IMG/VR virus record: IMGVR_UViG_3300042010_000106
Coordinates: 248,001 to 312,000 of that record
Strand: one strand, 5' to 3'
Length of the DNA stretch: 64,000 nucleotides
Shown one piece after another: positions 16,320 to 25,528 of this stretch. Both the position numbers and the translations under genes were made by a program. The notes beneath the pieces were generated by a model. It was not told the origin of the DNA. It made no database searches and saw nothing but the letters and a program-made list of their open reading frames with translations. Within the stretch, counting starts at the first letter, position 1. The number at the start of each line of letters is the position of its first letter.

Positions 16320-18704
16320 ATGGAAAAGCTATCCGTAATCGAATCGGCGCTGATGCTGTCGCTCAAGATGCACCCGAATAATCACGCAGTGTTTCACGCT
16401 CGCGCAGTCAGTGCCACCGTGTTGGAAATTGACCGTGCAGTTGCAGCGCTCAAACGTTTGAACTACGTCATTCAGGATAACTCGGGCCGTCTGACGCTGA
16501 ACGAACACACGATCAAACGTGCAAATACCGATTTGATGCACGCAGAACAAAAACCTGTCGTGCATCGGGTAGCTGAATCCGCTCCTGTTCTGCCCGTAAC
16601 AAAAGCTGAAAAAGCAGGGGAAGCGCCCGTGACCGTTTATGGAAAACCAACACCGGAAACTTTGTTGGCGCAGTTGACCGTTCAACGCAACAAAGGCATG
16701 ACCGCTGGCGACATGGCGAAACACTACGGCGGTTACGATGGTCGTTCGCTGGTGCAACTCCTGCGCAAAATGAAAACAGACGGATTGGTTACGAAATTCG
16801 GGAACATGTGGTACGCCGCCACGCAGGAAGACAAAGTGGAACACATTGAAGTTCCGTACGAAACCCGGCGCGCAGTAACCAATAGCAACGAATTGCAAAA
16901 GCTGATCAAATTGCAGAAAGGTTGGTTCACTGCGAAAGAATCATACGACGAATTGTCGAAAGCTTTCATCGTGGACTGGTCACTGTTCTACGGCGTGTTC
17001 ATGGAAATGGCAGGCGAAGGCCATTTCAACGTTAAAGAAAACGGCGTGTTGGTTTCGTACGAACATTCCTACGACGCAGACAACAAACACGCGAATTGCC
17101 GTTGGGATGACACGATCCACGACGCCGAAAAATTCAACAAAGTTGTGCAGGATTACATCTACCTTGTTCAGCAAGGCGGCTCGCAACGTTGGAGCCTTGA
17201 ACACTGCGTTGAAATCACAAAGATTCAATCCGGTATGCTGTTGCACTGGTTTGAACTGGCCGGTTTCGACGTTGACGACATTGATTCGATTGGCCCGAAA
17301 GTCGCACCGGGATTCACGCCGTTTGATCGACTGGATTCTGTGAAGGTTCAAGAATTCATCGGTGCTGAAGGTTGCCGCGTCACTGCATTCATGAAAGCGT
17401 TTAATCTCGATCCAGACACAACGGAAAAAGTCTGTTCGTTGCTGGAACTGGTGAACATCGCTCGCTACGATGCTGAAAACAAATTCCTGATGCTGCCTCA
17501 AACGAAAAAGATTGTCGAAGCACCAGAAGAACCGGCCCCGCGTGTAACTAGCGATCCTGTAACCGGTGAAGAAACAATTCAAATGATTCAGGAACCGAAC
17601 GAAGGTTTCGTTTTCTTTGAAGTGGTGTGTGAAGCCAACCGCCCCGTGGCTGCGCACTATCAACTCGGCAATTCTTGCTTTAACGGCATGCCGATTACAC
17701 CGACTGACGATCCAGAAATTTACATGCTGCAAGTTCCTGATGCTTTCAAATTCGAAGCGGTTGATGTTGAAGGTATGTACGAACATGTGACGCACGATGA
17801 ACCACAGTTGCATAAGCCAACTGCAAGCAGTCCACACTTCGCGGCACAGCGCATAGAAGAACGCGCAGCAGAACAGAAAGAAAATCCGCCTGAGAAAATG
17901 TATTTCAATGGCGAAAAACCTGTTGTTGATCCTGCACCTTTTACCGGCAACGAATCGTTCGTAAAAGAAATGGTGGCGCGCCTGCGTGAAACCATCGAAG
18001 GGGATAGCCTCGGCAAACGTGAACCAGAAGTGGAGCATTCCAGCATGTTGCAAATTGATCGTCCGTTGGTAGGCATGCACCTGTTCCGCACAATGGATTG
18101 CGTAGTCTCGGGTAACGTGCCTTTGCCTGAAACCGTTGAAGACGAAAACAGTCCGTATTTCGGTTGCAAAATTACCCCGTGCGATGGCGAACATATCGGC
18201 TACGCAACGATCACTATTGAGCCGGGGCACCCAATGTGGCAACCGCCTCGCTACGCGTACACGTCCGACAGGGACAAAGCCGTTTTCGGTGATTCAATTG
18301 TTCCAGAAGACGAAGACATTTTCGGTGCCGATGCTGACCCGCTGAGCAACGAACCTGACGGCGATCCTGAAGCAGAAGAATACGCAGCGAATTTGGAACC
18401 GCATTTGAAACATCTGCTGAAAGCACTGGCAGGCGTTCCAACAAAAGAAGACATTTTCAAAATGGTTCGCGAAGCCAACGATACTATCCGCCGTGATTCT
18501 GCTTCTGCCGGCGTGAAAGGTACACCAGAAAGCGGTGTTTCAATCGGCGCGTGCAAAGCAGCAAGCGGTGGCGGTACACCACTGCCTGTGCGTACTGTAA
18601 AGCCTGAGTGGACAAGCGGCCTCGCGCTCATTGCAGACCAACACAAACGCAGCAGTTCGACTTACAAACTGCTGATGGAAATCAAAGAGTATCTGGAAAA
18701 ATGA
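16320..18704 (+). CDS. Large hypothetical protein with several tandem winged-helix-like domains
   Basis: Repeated helix-turn-helix + wing patterns, e.g. MTAGDMAKHY...LVQLLRKMKTDGLVTKFGNMWYA. Confidence 0.6.
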   Translation: MEKLSVIESALMLSLKMHPNNHAVFHARAVSATVLEIDRAVAALKRLNYVIQDNSGRLTLNEHTIKRANTDLMHAEQKPVVHRVAESAPVLPVTKAEKAGEAPVTVYGKPTPETLLAQLTVQRNKGMTAGDMAKHYGGYDGRSLVQLLRKMKTDGLVTKFGNMWYAATQEDKVEHIEVPYETRRAVTNSNELQKLIKLQKGWFTAKESYDELSKAFIVDWSLFYGVFMEMAGEGHFNVKENGVLVSYEHSYDADNKHANCRWDDTIHDAEKFNKVVQDYIYLVQQGGSQRWSLEHCVEITKIQSGMLLHWFELAGFDVDDIDSIGPKVAPGFTPFDRLDSVKVQEFIGAEGCRVTAFMKAFNLDPDTTEKVCSLLELVNIARYDAENKFLMLPQTKKIVEAPEEPAPRVTSDPVTGEETIQMIQEPNEGFVFFEVVCEANRPVAAHYQLGNSCFNGMPITPTDDPEIYMLQVPDAFKFEAVDVEGMYEHVTHDEPQLHKPTASSPHFAAQRIEERAAEQKENPPEKMYFNGEKPVVDPAPFTGNESFVKEMVARLRETIEGDSLGKREPEVEHSSMLQIDRPLVGMHLFRTMDCVVSGNVPLPETVEDENSPYFGCKITPCDGEHIGYATITIEPGHPMWQPPRYAYTSDRDKAVFGDSIVPEDEDIFGADADPLSNEPDGDPEAEEYAANLEPHLKHLLKALAGVPTKEDIFKMVREANDTIRRDSASAGVKGTPESGVSIGACKAASGGGTPLPVRTVKPEWTSGLALIADQHKRSSSTYKLLMEIKEYLEK

Positions 18705-21004
18705 TTGAGATTTGCGAATCGGACTTTAAAGGTATCGTCTCGTATCGCGAAGGCAGGTATGACTTCACTGACAACTGCGGTTTCGTGGTTGTTAGTGGGA
18801 TCAACAAAGACTCGCTGATTTCGCGTGAACAGAATAACGGTGCCGGTAAATCTGTATTCTTTGGCATGATTCCTAACGTGCGGTTTGAGAAAACCCCGCT
18901 CGCAGACTCTGTTAAAAAAGCACGGATTCATACCAAGGGTTCCCACGTTACGCTCCGAGTGAAAAACCTTGGGCACACGTGGGATGTAACCCAAAAAGCA
19001 AACGGCTACGTAATCGCACGGGACAATGAAGACCTGAAGGTACGCGGCCAAGCAACACAGAAAGCAAAAGTCGCAGAAATCATTCCGCTGACTGAGGATG
19101 AATGGTATTCCTACGTTTATCTCCAGTCGCAGAAATCTCTAGGCTTTCAGCAAAGCACACCACGCGTTCGGATGACATACATCACGGACGTTTGGCGCCT
19201 TGATCAATACGACATCATGCGCAAACACTTCGACAAGAAAATTGACGACGTGAAGATGGCGAAAAATGAATACGACGTGCACGTGAGTACGTCGGTTCAA
19301 TTGTCTAGCGCGCTGAAAAAGAACGGCTGGAACAACAAGAAGCAAGCAGAACTCGACGAAGCAACTGACATCGTTAAAGGTCTGTCGAAGAAAGTAAAAA
19401 ATCTGCAAACCCGTGTGCAAGAATTGCGCAGCCTCAAGAAGCAAGTAGAGTTTTACGAAACAACTGCTGGCAAACTGCGTAAGCTCGAAAAGAAATCGAA
19501 GTACACGAAAGCAGAACTGAAGGAAATGTACAAACTGGCTGAAAAGCATGAGCATTATGCTGAAGCCAAAGCAGAGTACGACGAAACGTTTGCGAAACTT
19601 AACAAGCGTTTGAAAGCACTCGGCAAAACCAAGGGCACCAAAGCCCTGAAGGTGCGGGCTAAAGAGCTGCGCACTGAGCTGGTGAAGTGGGAAGAAGAAG
19701 AAAAACGTTTGACGAAAGTTCGTGATAAATACGACGACGCTAAACGTGAACTGGAAAACCTCGACGATCACAGCGAACCTGAACTGCGTCCGTTCCTGAC
19801 CAAGTGCAGCAAAGCAAAAATTGATCCGATGGAAGCGCTGAAGGAAGAGCAAAGCATGGTGAAAACCACGCTGAAACTCGCTGACCTTTTGCACGAACAC
19901 GAAGACGGTAAATGCCCGACGTGTCAAAGCGCGATCAACATCAAAGACTTGGAAGTAAGTCTGAAGGTGGCGAAGAAACGCAAAGGTGTTCTGTCGTCGA
20001 TGATCTACGCGCTGCAAATCCGAAACACTCGCACAGAGAACAAGGCGATCATTGATTCCTTGAACTTTGACGAACGCGGGTTCTATGCACTGCGTAAAAA
20101 GATCAAGAAAGCCAACGAAGAACTTGATGAAATTTCCGAGCAGGTAGAAGCCGCAACGAAGTTTGATCAAATCACCGAACAACTGGCAGAGCTGAAAGAA
20201 CCAAAGGCGCCGAAAGGCAAAGTGAAGTTGACCGTTGAACAAATCGAAGAGGCGGTCGAAGTCCTCAACGAAATCAAAGCGCTCAAAGCACGCCTTGCAG
20301 AGTTTGAAGACAAGCCAGAAGACAACGGTATCAGCGCCGAGCTGAAAGAAGTTAAAGCGAAGCTGGGCAAGCTGGAATCCAAGTATGAAAAAGCATTCAG
20401 CACAACCGTGAAACTCGGCCAGTTGCATGCGGAATTCAAACTGCTGACGAAGCAACGCAAATCACTCGATGAACAAATCGACAATTTGCTGCCTCTCACA
20501 AAGAAACTGGAAATGTACAAAACGTTGTCGAAAGCCTACAGCAACAAGGGCTTGAAACTCTACGCGATGAACAACATTTTGTACCAGTTGCAGCAGCACT
20601 ACAACGCATATGCAAATCTGATCTTTGCTGAGCCGTTCAAGTTCACGGTAACAGCGAAAGAAGACGGCGTGCACATCATCGTTGACCGGGGCCACGGCAA
20701 CCCTAGCGACGTTCGTGAATTGTCCGGTGCAGAATCCGATAGTTTCCGACTGTTGCACTTCCTTGCGTGCTTGATCATGGCGCCGGATGATCGTCGTTTG
20801 AACATTGCGATTCTCGACGAACCAGATTCACACATGGACTTGGCAACGGCTGGGCTTTTTGCTGATCGTTACATTCCTTTCCTGCGTACGTTGGTGCCGC
20901 ATATTTTCCTGATCACACAGAAAGGGAAACACATGCACAGCAACTGCGATTACCTGACCATTGAAAAACACAAAGGTGTTTCAAAACTGAAGGTAGGTCA
21001 GTGA
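18701..21004 (+). CDS. SbcC/Rad50 (gp46-like) SMC-family ATPase
   Basis: Start MIEICE at 18701; Walker A NNGAGKS, Q-loop YLQSQ, coiled coil with CPTC zinc hook, signature LSGAE, Walker B ILDEPD. Confidence 0.93.
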   Translation: MIEICESDFKGIVSYREGRYDFTDNCGFVVVSGINKDSLISREQNNGAGKSVFFGMIPNVRFEKTPLADSVKKARIHTKGSHVTLRVKNLGHTWDVTQKANGYVIARDNEDLKVRGQATQKAKVAEIIPLTEDEWYSYVYLQSQKSLGFQQSTPRVRMTYITDVWRLDQYDIMRKHFDKKIDDVKMAKNEYDVHVSTSVQLSSALKKNGWNNKKQAELDEATDIVKGLSKKVKNLQTRVQELRSLKKQVEFYETTAGKLRKLEKKSKYTKAELKEMYKLAEKHEHYAEAKAEYDETFAKLNKRLKALGKTKGTKALKVRAKELRTELVKWEEEEKRLTKVRDKYDDAKRELENLDDHSEPELRPFLTKCSKAKIDPMEALKEEQSMVKTTLKLADLLHEHEDGKCPTCQSAINIKDLEVSLKVAKKRKGVLSSMIYALQIRNTRTENKAIIDSLNFDERGFYALRKKIKKANEELDEISEQVEAATKFDQITEQLAELKEPKAPKGKVKLTVEQIEEAVEVLNEIKALKARLAEFEDKPEDNGISAELKEVKAKLGKLESKYEKAFSTTVKLGQLHAEFKLLTKQRKSLDEQIDNLLPLTKKLEMYKTLSKAYSNKGLKLYAMNNILYQLQQHYNAYANLIFAEPFKFTVTAKEDGVHIIVDRGHGNPSDVRELSGAESDSFRLLHFLACLIMAPDDRRLNIAILDEPDSHMDLATAGLFADRYIPFLRTLVPHIFLITQKGKHMHSNCDYLTIEKHKGVSKLKVGQ

Positions 21005-21132
21005 TGCGACTCAAGCAAAAACAACTCAAAAAGAAAGTTCCTGATAATGAAGCTGCGCTGAAGCGAATGCGGGCGTATGCAGAAGCCACACGGGAACAAT
21101 TCGTTAACGTGTTGAACAGGGCAGACCCATGA
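21004..21132 (+). CDS. Small basic hypothetical protein (42 aa, not in ORF track)
   Basis: MRLKQKQLKKKVPD...; start overlaps the upstream stop and stop overlaps the next ATG. Confidence 0.6.
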   Translation: MRLKQKQLKKKVPDNEAALKRMRAYAEATREQFVNVLNRADP

Positions 21133-21335
21133 TCACATGGACAGCAAAAGAAGTGAAAGCGGGATGGCGTTTCTACGCCGTCCTGTTGCTTTACGGAAGT
21201 GTGAAAATCCACACCGACGTTCTCATTCCCCGCAATCAGATGTCACCGGAAACTGCGTGGGACTGCATCGCAAAAATGCAGGCGGCTATCAACCGTCGTC
21301 GCGCAGAGCATGAGGCGCCCAATGGGACAAGTTGA
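21129..21335 (+). CDS. Hypothetical protein
   Basis: 68 aa, ATGA-coupled. Confidence 0.7.
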   Translation: MITWTAKEVKAGWRFYAVLLLYGSVKIHTDVLIPRNQMSPETAWDCIAKMQAAINRRRAEHEAPNGTS

Positions 21336-21666
21336 AAGCGACTTTACTGAATTATCGGAGGGCCAATATTTCGTAACCAGTTACGATGCGGCCATCCGCG
21401 CAGCAGAACATTTCTACGTTGAATGCGCAAACTTTGACGCTACGATGGCAACGGTAGTGAGCGAAGACGCACCGGTTAGCTTTGAGCTGGATGCCGCACT
21501 GGTCAACGCTGAATATCCACGCATAGTTTCATTCTACATTGAACACGGTTGTTACGGTGAGGCATGCCGCGATCAAAGAGAATCGTTTGTAGAAATTCTC
21601 TACAGTTTCGGACTGCCTGAAACACTGGAAATGACTGCACAATTTACTTCGCGGGGTTATGTGTAA
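21322..21666 (+). CDS. Hypothetical protein, 'YP' paralogue family member 1
   Basis: Start at 21322 (GAGG SD); QYFVTSYDAAIRAA...EYPRIVSF. Confidence 0.7.
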   Translation: MGQVESDFTELSEGQYFVTSYDAAIRAAEHFYVECANFDATMATVVSEDAPVSFELDAALVNAEYPRIVSFYIEHGCYGEACRDQRESFVEILYSFGLPETLEMTAQFTSRGYV

Positions 21667-21956
21667 TGGACAAGTTCGATTTGCCTGATCGTACAGCACA
21701 ATACAAACGCATTAACGGCGACCGCTATTTGGTGCTGAGTTTCCAAGGTGTGTTCGAAGCGGCCACAACCGCAATCGGCCACGGTGTTTCCAAAGTGCAT
21801 TACGTTTGCCCTGACAACGAACACACCAACAACGTGTCTGGCGAGTACCCACGCGTCATGACATTTTCAAAAGATCCACACAACAATTACTGCGCGCTGG
21901 TCACGTCGTGCATCAACGAAACGCAGTTGAACGAACTGCAAAAACATTTCATGTAG
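21666..21956 (+). CDS. Hypothetical protein, 'YP' paralogue family member 2
   Basis: RYLVLSFQGVFEAA...EYPRVMTF. Confidence 0.75.
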   Translation: MDKFDLPDRTAQYKRINGDRYLVLSFQGVFEAATTAIGHGVSKVHYVCPDNEHTNNVSGEYPRVMTFSKDPHNNYCALVTSCINETQLNELQKHFM

Positions 21957-21966
21957 GGACACAGAA

Positions 21967-22218
21967 ATGCTTCACGTGATACGCAATATCTACTACGTGC
22001 AAGACAGAGCAGACGTTTCAAAAGCAGCAAAGCACCTCGCAGGAATCACACGGGGAACTGTTGGTTTGTTTTTCTTGATCGACGACGAACCGGCTTACCC
22101 TGCATTCGTAGTTCTACACCTCGACAAAAAGCATTTGACCGTTGACGTGGTTGGATACCTGCACACGTTTGATTTATCCGACCTGCACAACGCAGAATTT
22201 TCAGGAGAAAGCACATGA
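21967..22218 (+). CDS. Hypothetical protein, 'YP' paralogue family member 3
   Basis: IYYVQDRADVSKAA...AYPAFVVL. Confidence 0.7.
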   Translation: MLHVIRNIYYVQDRADVSKAAKHLAGITRGTVGLFFLIDDEPAYPAFVVLHLDKKHLTVDVVGYLHTFDLSDLHNAEFSGEST

Positions 22219-22373
22219 TCGTAGACGTTTTGCGCAAGTTGAAATTCGATACGTCTTACAAATTCTACCGGGCCGACGGTAAGTTTGAAGCAGATGCAAA
22301 CCGGCACGTAACGCAGTTCCACGCAGAAAGCGAGCTGCAAGATATCAAGGCCAAATGCCCAAAGGATGACTGA
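22215..22373 (+). CDS. Small hypothetical protein (52 aa, not in ORF track)
   Basis: MIVDVLRKLKF...; GGAG SD, coupled at both ends. Confidence 0.6.
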   Translation: MIVDVLRKLKFDTSYKFYRADGKFEADANRHVTQFHAESELQDIKAKCPKDD

Positions 22374-23098
22374 TGAAAGTTTTTGCGTTTGCACACCACG
22401 CGCCCGATGAAATTTTGATGAAGCTTTGCGAATCCGGTATTGATCGCGATGACATCTATGTCGTGCGTGTTGACGAAGTGATTAAGCGCAAAAACAAGCG
22501 TAATCACTTGATCTTTTTGACGACAGCCAGTTTCAATGCCAACCGTGAGCAGTTAGAAGTTCGTACAGCACAATCGTACGTGTTCGATAACCCGCTGCGT
22601 TTGGCACAATTCAATTTCACGCCCGCCGATTATCGTATGGAAGAATATTTCCACGTTGACGGGTTTGCATTGATTCCGTGCGTACGTCTCGACAGATGCC
22701 CCGACCAACCAATCAATCGGAAACCGTTTGATATCGTGGCAGTCGCAACGGAATATGCGAAGCAACAAATCACGTTCCTGATGCAGTTCATGACGTTCAT
22801 TTATTCGATGCCTAGCGAAACACACCAGAAGCCAATTAAAGAGCTGGTGTGCAAGTGGATGGCGTCTAAAGAACCATTCAGCAGATACTGTAAACGATTG
22901 GAGAAGCTGCGCGAATCCATTCACCTGACAGACAAACAGGTACGGCGTTTAACCGACTTGCTTAGCAGCAGTACCGCGATTCTTTATCGTGACGCTTTGC
23001 AACAACCGGGTGAAGAAGACGAAGTGGCAAAAGCCTATAAAATCAGCGCGTATGAAATGCGCTACATCCGGTCGATTAACGGGACGCTGAAATCATGA
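22373..23098 (+). CDS. Hypothetical protein (possible C-terminal HTH)
   Basis: 241 aa; EDEVAKAYKISAYEMRYIRS near the C-terminus. Confidence 0.75.
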   Translation: MKVFAFAHHAPDEILMKLCESGIDRDDIYVVRVDEVIKRKNKRNHLIFLTTASFNANREQLEVRTAQSYVFDNPLRLAQFNFTPADYRMEEYFHVDGFALIPCVRLDRCPDQPINRKPFDIVAVATEYAKQQITFLMQFMTFIYSMPSETHQKPIKELVCKWMASKEPFSRYCKRLEKLRESIHLTDKQVRRLTDLLSSSTAILYRDALQQPGEEDEVAKAYKISAYEMRYIRSINGTLKS

Positions 23099-23493
23099 GC
23101 CTTGAAAACTACGAATATATCGCACCGAGTCTTTTTGTTGCGCGCACGCAAGCGGGCTTCAATCAGATTCTGAAAATGCACCAAGACGGCACCGATATGC
23201 CTGTCGATGGTTTCCCTGTTTCGTACCCGTCGTTTGTCACAATCCATTTGGGATATCGCGGCCACCACTATCTTGACGTAACTTGCTGGCCGGTGAATCT
23301 GGTTGCAGACGCATGTAAACGGCACACGCCGGAACCGGTGCACGAAACACCAGAAGAGGAAGGCGCAAGAATGTATCGTGAAAACGTCAGCCTTTCAAAC
23401 GTTTGGGGATCGGTTTCGCCTGTAAACTTTCCGCATGTTGGCCGTGTGTTAGACGCGTACGTTGTAGAGGCGGAAAATGATAAAGCAAATTGA
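23095..23493 (+). CDS. Hypothetical protein, 'YP' paralogue family member 4
   Basis: SLFVARTQAGFNQIL...SYPSFVTI. Confidence 0.7.
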   Translation: MSLENYEYIAPSLFVARTQAGFNQILKMHQDGTDMPVDGFPVSYPSFVTIHLGYRGHHYLDVTCWPVNLVADACKRHTPEPVHETPEEEGARMYRENVSLSNVWGSVSPVNFPHVGRVLDAYVVEAENDKAN

Positions 23494-23773
23494 TGGCTTC
23501 GAAATGAAAGAAGCAGGATGGGCACCAGTAACCAGCGTTCCGCAAGAAGTTTGGGACAACGCCATGAAAAACGGCATCCCACACATTCAAGGCTTTAACA
23601 TTATCACTGACGCATTTCAGCACAGGCCGAAAGGCAAAACCGTTAACGGCGTACGCCTGTCGTACACGAAACGTGGCGTGCTACTGCAAGATCGTTGGAT
23701 GGGTGGTGGTATGACTCTGCATTTCCATAGCATGCGCGAAGCATCCGTTTACGCAAAAGGTTGGACAGCATGA
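23477..23773 (+). CDS. Hypothetical protein
   Basis: 98 aa, GAGG SD, coupled. Confidence 0.7.
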   Translation: MIKQIDGFEMKEAGWAPVTSVPQEVWDNAMKNGIPHIQGFNIITDAFQHRPKGKTVNGVRLSYTKRGVLLQDRWMGGGMTLHFHSMREASVYAKGWTA

Positions 23774-24039
23774 CTGATAAATATAAAAACATTCACAAAA
23801 ATTTGTGGTTGGTTGAAGACCGTGAAGGTTTGGAGCAGGCCGCGAAAATCGTTGCGCACCAAAGCAAGCGCGACGGTCTGCCAGTAACCATTCACAGCAC
23901 ACGCATGCAACTGTCTGATAAATATCCGTGTGTTGTGGTGCTGATTCAAGTTGACATTGCAGCCGTCGAAGTTGTCAGCGTTTTGACAGACACAACGTTG
24001 TCGCACTGCCTGCGTGAAATTGGAGCGCTCCCAAAATGA
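23770..24039 (+). CDS. Hypothetical protein, 'YP' paralogue family member 5
   Basis: Start MTDKY at 23770; NLWLVEDREGLEQAA...KYPCVVVL. Confidence 0.7.
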   Translation: MTDKYKNIHKNLWLVEDREGLEQAAKIVAHQSKRDGLPVTIHSTRMQLSDKYPCVVVLIQVDIAAVEVVSVLTDTTLSHCLREIGALPK

Positions 24040-24446
24040 GTACGGAACAAACCCTCGCTGGCGCAATTGCTAGCAAAGACGAAATCTTGCGCTGGGCAGA
24101 CAGCGTAATGACTGACCTCGGAAACATTCGTGTAGAACCTTCGATAGATCCAGCCGTGGATTACGAAGTGAACGTTTACGAATTGAAATCAGAACCGCGC
24201 ACATACGAAGAACGCCAAGCAGATCGTTTGGCAAATATGCTCAAGCGTCGGCACTTCCAACACATGATCACGCACGGTATGAGCAGCATGCCACGCCACG
24301 TGCGTTTGCGCGCAGTTCGCGGTGGTTGTTTTGTTGATGTTTTCTACACGTACGCATTTATTCAAATGCCTTTCAACAGTATCCGGCTCGCACGGAAATA
24401 CGTTAAGTACATGGGTCTGCCACTGCACACCGGAGAAGAGAAATGA
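24036..24446 (+). CDS. Hypothetical protein
   Basis: 136 aa, ATGA-coupled. Confidence 0.75.
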   Translation: MSTEQTLAGAIASKDEILRWADSVMTDLGNIRVEPSIDPAVDYEVNVYELKSEPRTYEERQADRLANMLKRRHFQHMITHGMSSMPRHVRLRAVRGGCFVDVFYTYAFIQMPFNSIRLARKYVKYMGLPLHTGEEK

Positions 24447-24793
24447 TTTCGCAAGTTACAAAAGCTTTGTTCCCGCCATGCCCTGAATTCAAACGCCACG
24501 TCGTCACGTTCTCTTTGCCGAATGGGCATGAGTGGAAATACAACGTCGTGCGCATTAACCGCAAGCCAATCATGCGCGGCCACACCGACACTATGCGCAT
24601 GAATATCACGGGCAAAGAAAACGTTCTGCACTTCACTGACATTCAGTTGGGTCGCGGCAACAAGCTCGACGATATCAAAACCGACGTTCCTGTTAACCAA
24701 GAATTCAGCGTGCCAATTCGTGTGGGGATTGATTACCACTTGAACGCCGTTGGTAGCACAGCCGTTGTCTACACTCTCCCGGTGAACGTATGA
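24443..24793 (+). CDS. Hypothetical protein
   Basis: 116 aa, ATGA-coupled. Confidence 0.75.
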   Translation: MISQVTKALFPPCPEFKRHVVTFSLPNGHEWKYNVVRINRKPIMRGHTDTMRMNITGKENVLHFTDIQLGRGNKLDDIKTDVPVNQEFSVPIRVGIDYHLNAVGSTAVVYTLPVNV

Positions 24794-25119
24794 AAACAGA
24801 AGTCGCTTCTGAAGTTGTTTGTCATTTGATGGAACAAATCAATGCGCGCATTCACCCAAGTGACGCATGGGTTTATGTACGTCGTCGCAAATACAAGAAG
24901 CAAGACGAATTGGTACGTGAAATCAACGAAGAACGTCGCAGCGTAGAACAGCACAACGTTTATCACGTCAAAACAAATGACACGCTGTCGGAAATTGCAC
25001 AACGTTTTGAAGGCGCCAGTATCGGCGTGATGATGCGTATCAACAACATCGTAGACCCGGATGTTATCTACGCTGGTTCCACGTTGAACATCTACAACAA
25101 GGCGAAACCGAATGAGTAA
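24790..25119 (+). CDS. LysM-domain protein
   Basis: YHVKTNDTLSEIAQRF...MRINNIVDPDVIYAGSTLNI is a canonical LysM. Confidence 0.88.
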   Translation: MKTEVASEVVCHLMEQINARIHPSDAWVYVRRRKYKKQDELVREINEERRSVEQHNVYHVKTNDTLSEIAQRFEGASIGVMMRINNIVDPDVIYAGSTLNIYNKAKPNE

Positions 25120-25528
25120 TTCAGCGCTCGACGACATCAACGTACGCCGCACGATCAGTCACATTCAAAACAAATTGCACGAAGTGGTTTGTGCCAATAC
25201 AACAATTGGCGAAATGCTGCGGCCTGAATCGGCGAAACAACGTATCAAAGAAGTCACCGACGATTTCATGCGTAGTCTCAAAGATCGCGGCGCAATTACA
25301 GACAGTGAATCGACGTGTGAGCGCATATGCAGCGTTGTGCTGAACGACACACCACGCGGCCCGGTTGCCAACTGCCTGAACGAAAAAGGCGAATCGGTAA
25401 AGACTGTAAAATACAGTGGTCGTCGCTACGCACGAAAACGTATGCGCCGTCAAATTGGCCTGTACGTGATTGCATGGAAAATCGAACCTGCTCCCATGCA
25501 GGTTTACCAAATCAGAGTGAGTATTTAA
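25112..25528 (+). CDS. Stand-alone protein resembling the tail-sheath C-terminal domain
   Basis: INVRRTISHIQNKL...IKEVTDDFMRSLKDRGAITD versus VNVRRLVNGIKSMV...LKNLVDAEVRTIKTGRGVNE in the 54839 sheath. Confidence 0.5.
   Translation: MSNSALDDINVRRTISHIQNKLHEVVCANTTIGEMLRPESAKQRIKEVTDDFMRSLKDRGAITDSESTCERICSVVLNDTPRGPVANCLNEKGESVKTVKYSGRRYARKRMRRQIGLYVIAWKIEPAPMQVYQIRVSI

Noticed and set aside
18608-18700. ORF-track N-terminal extensions (18608, 26623, 1490-2155, 4176-4967, 7320-7970, 48053, 51531, 34500, 35204 and others)
   Set aside because: They overlap upstream genes extensively; downstream ATGs have SD sequences or stop-start coupling, so starts were trimmed.
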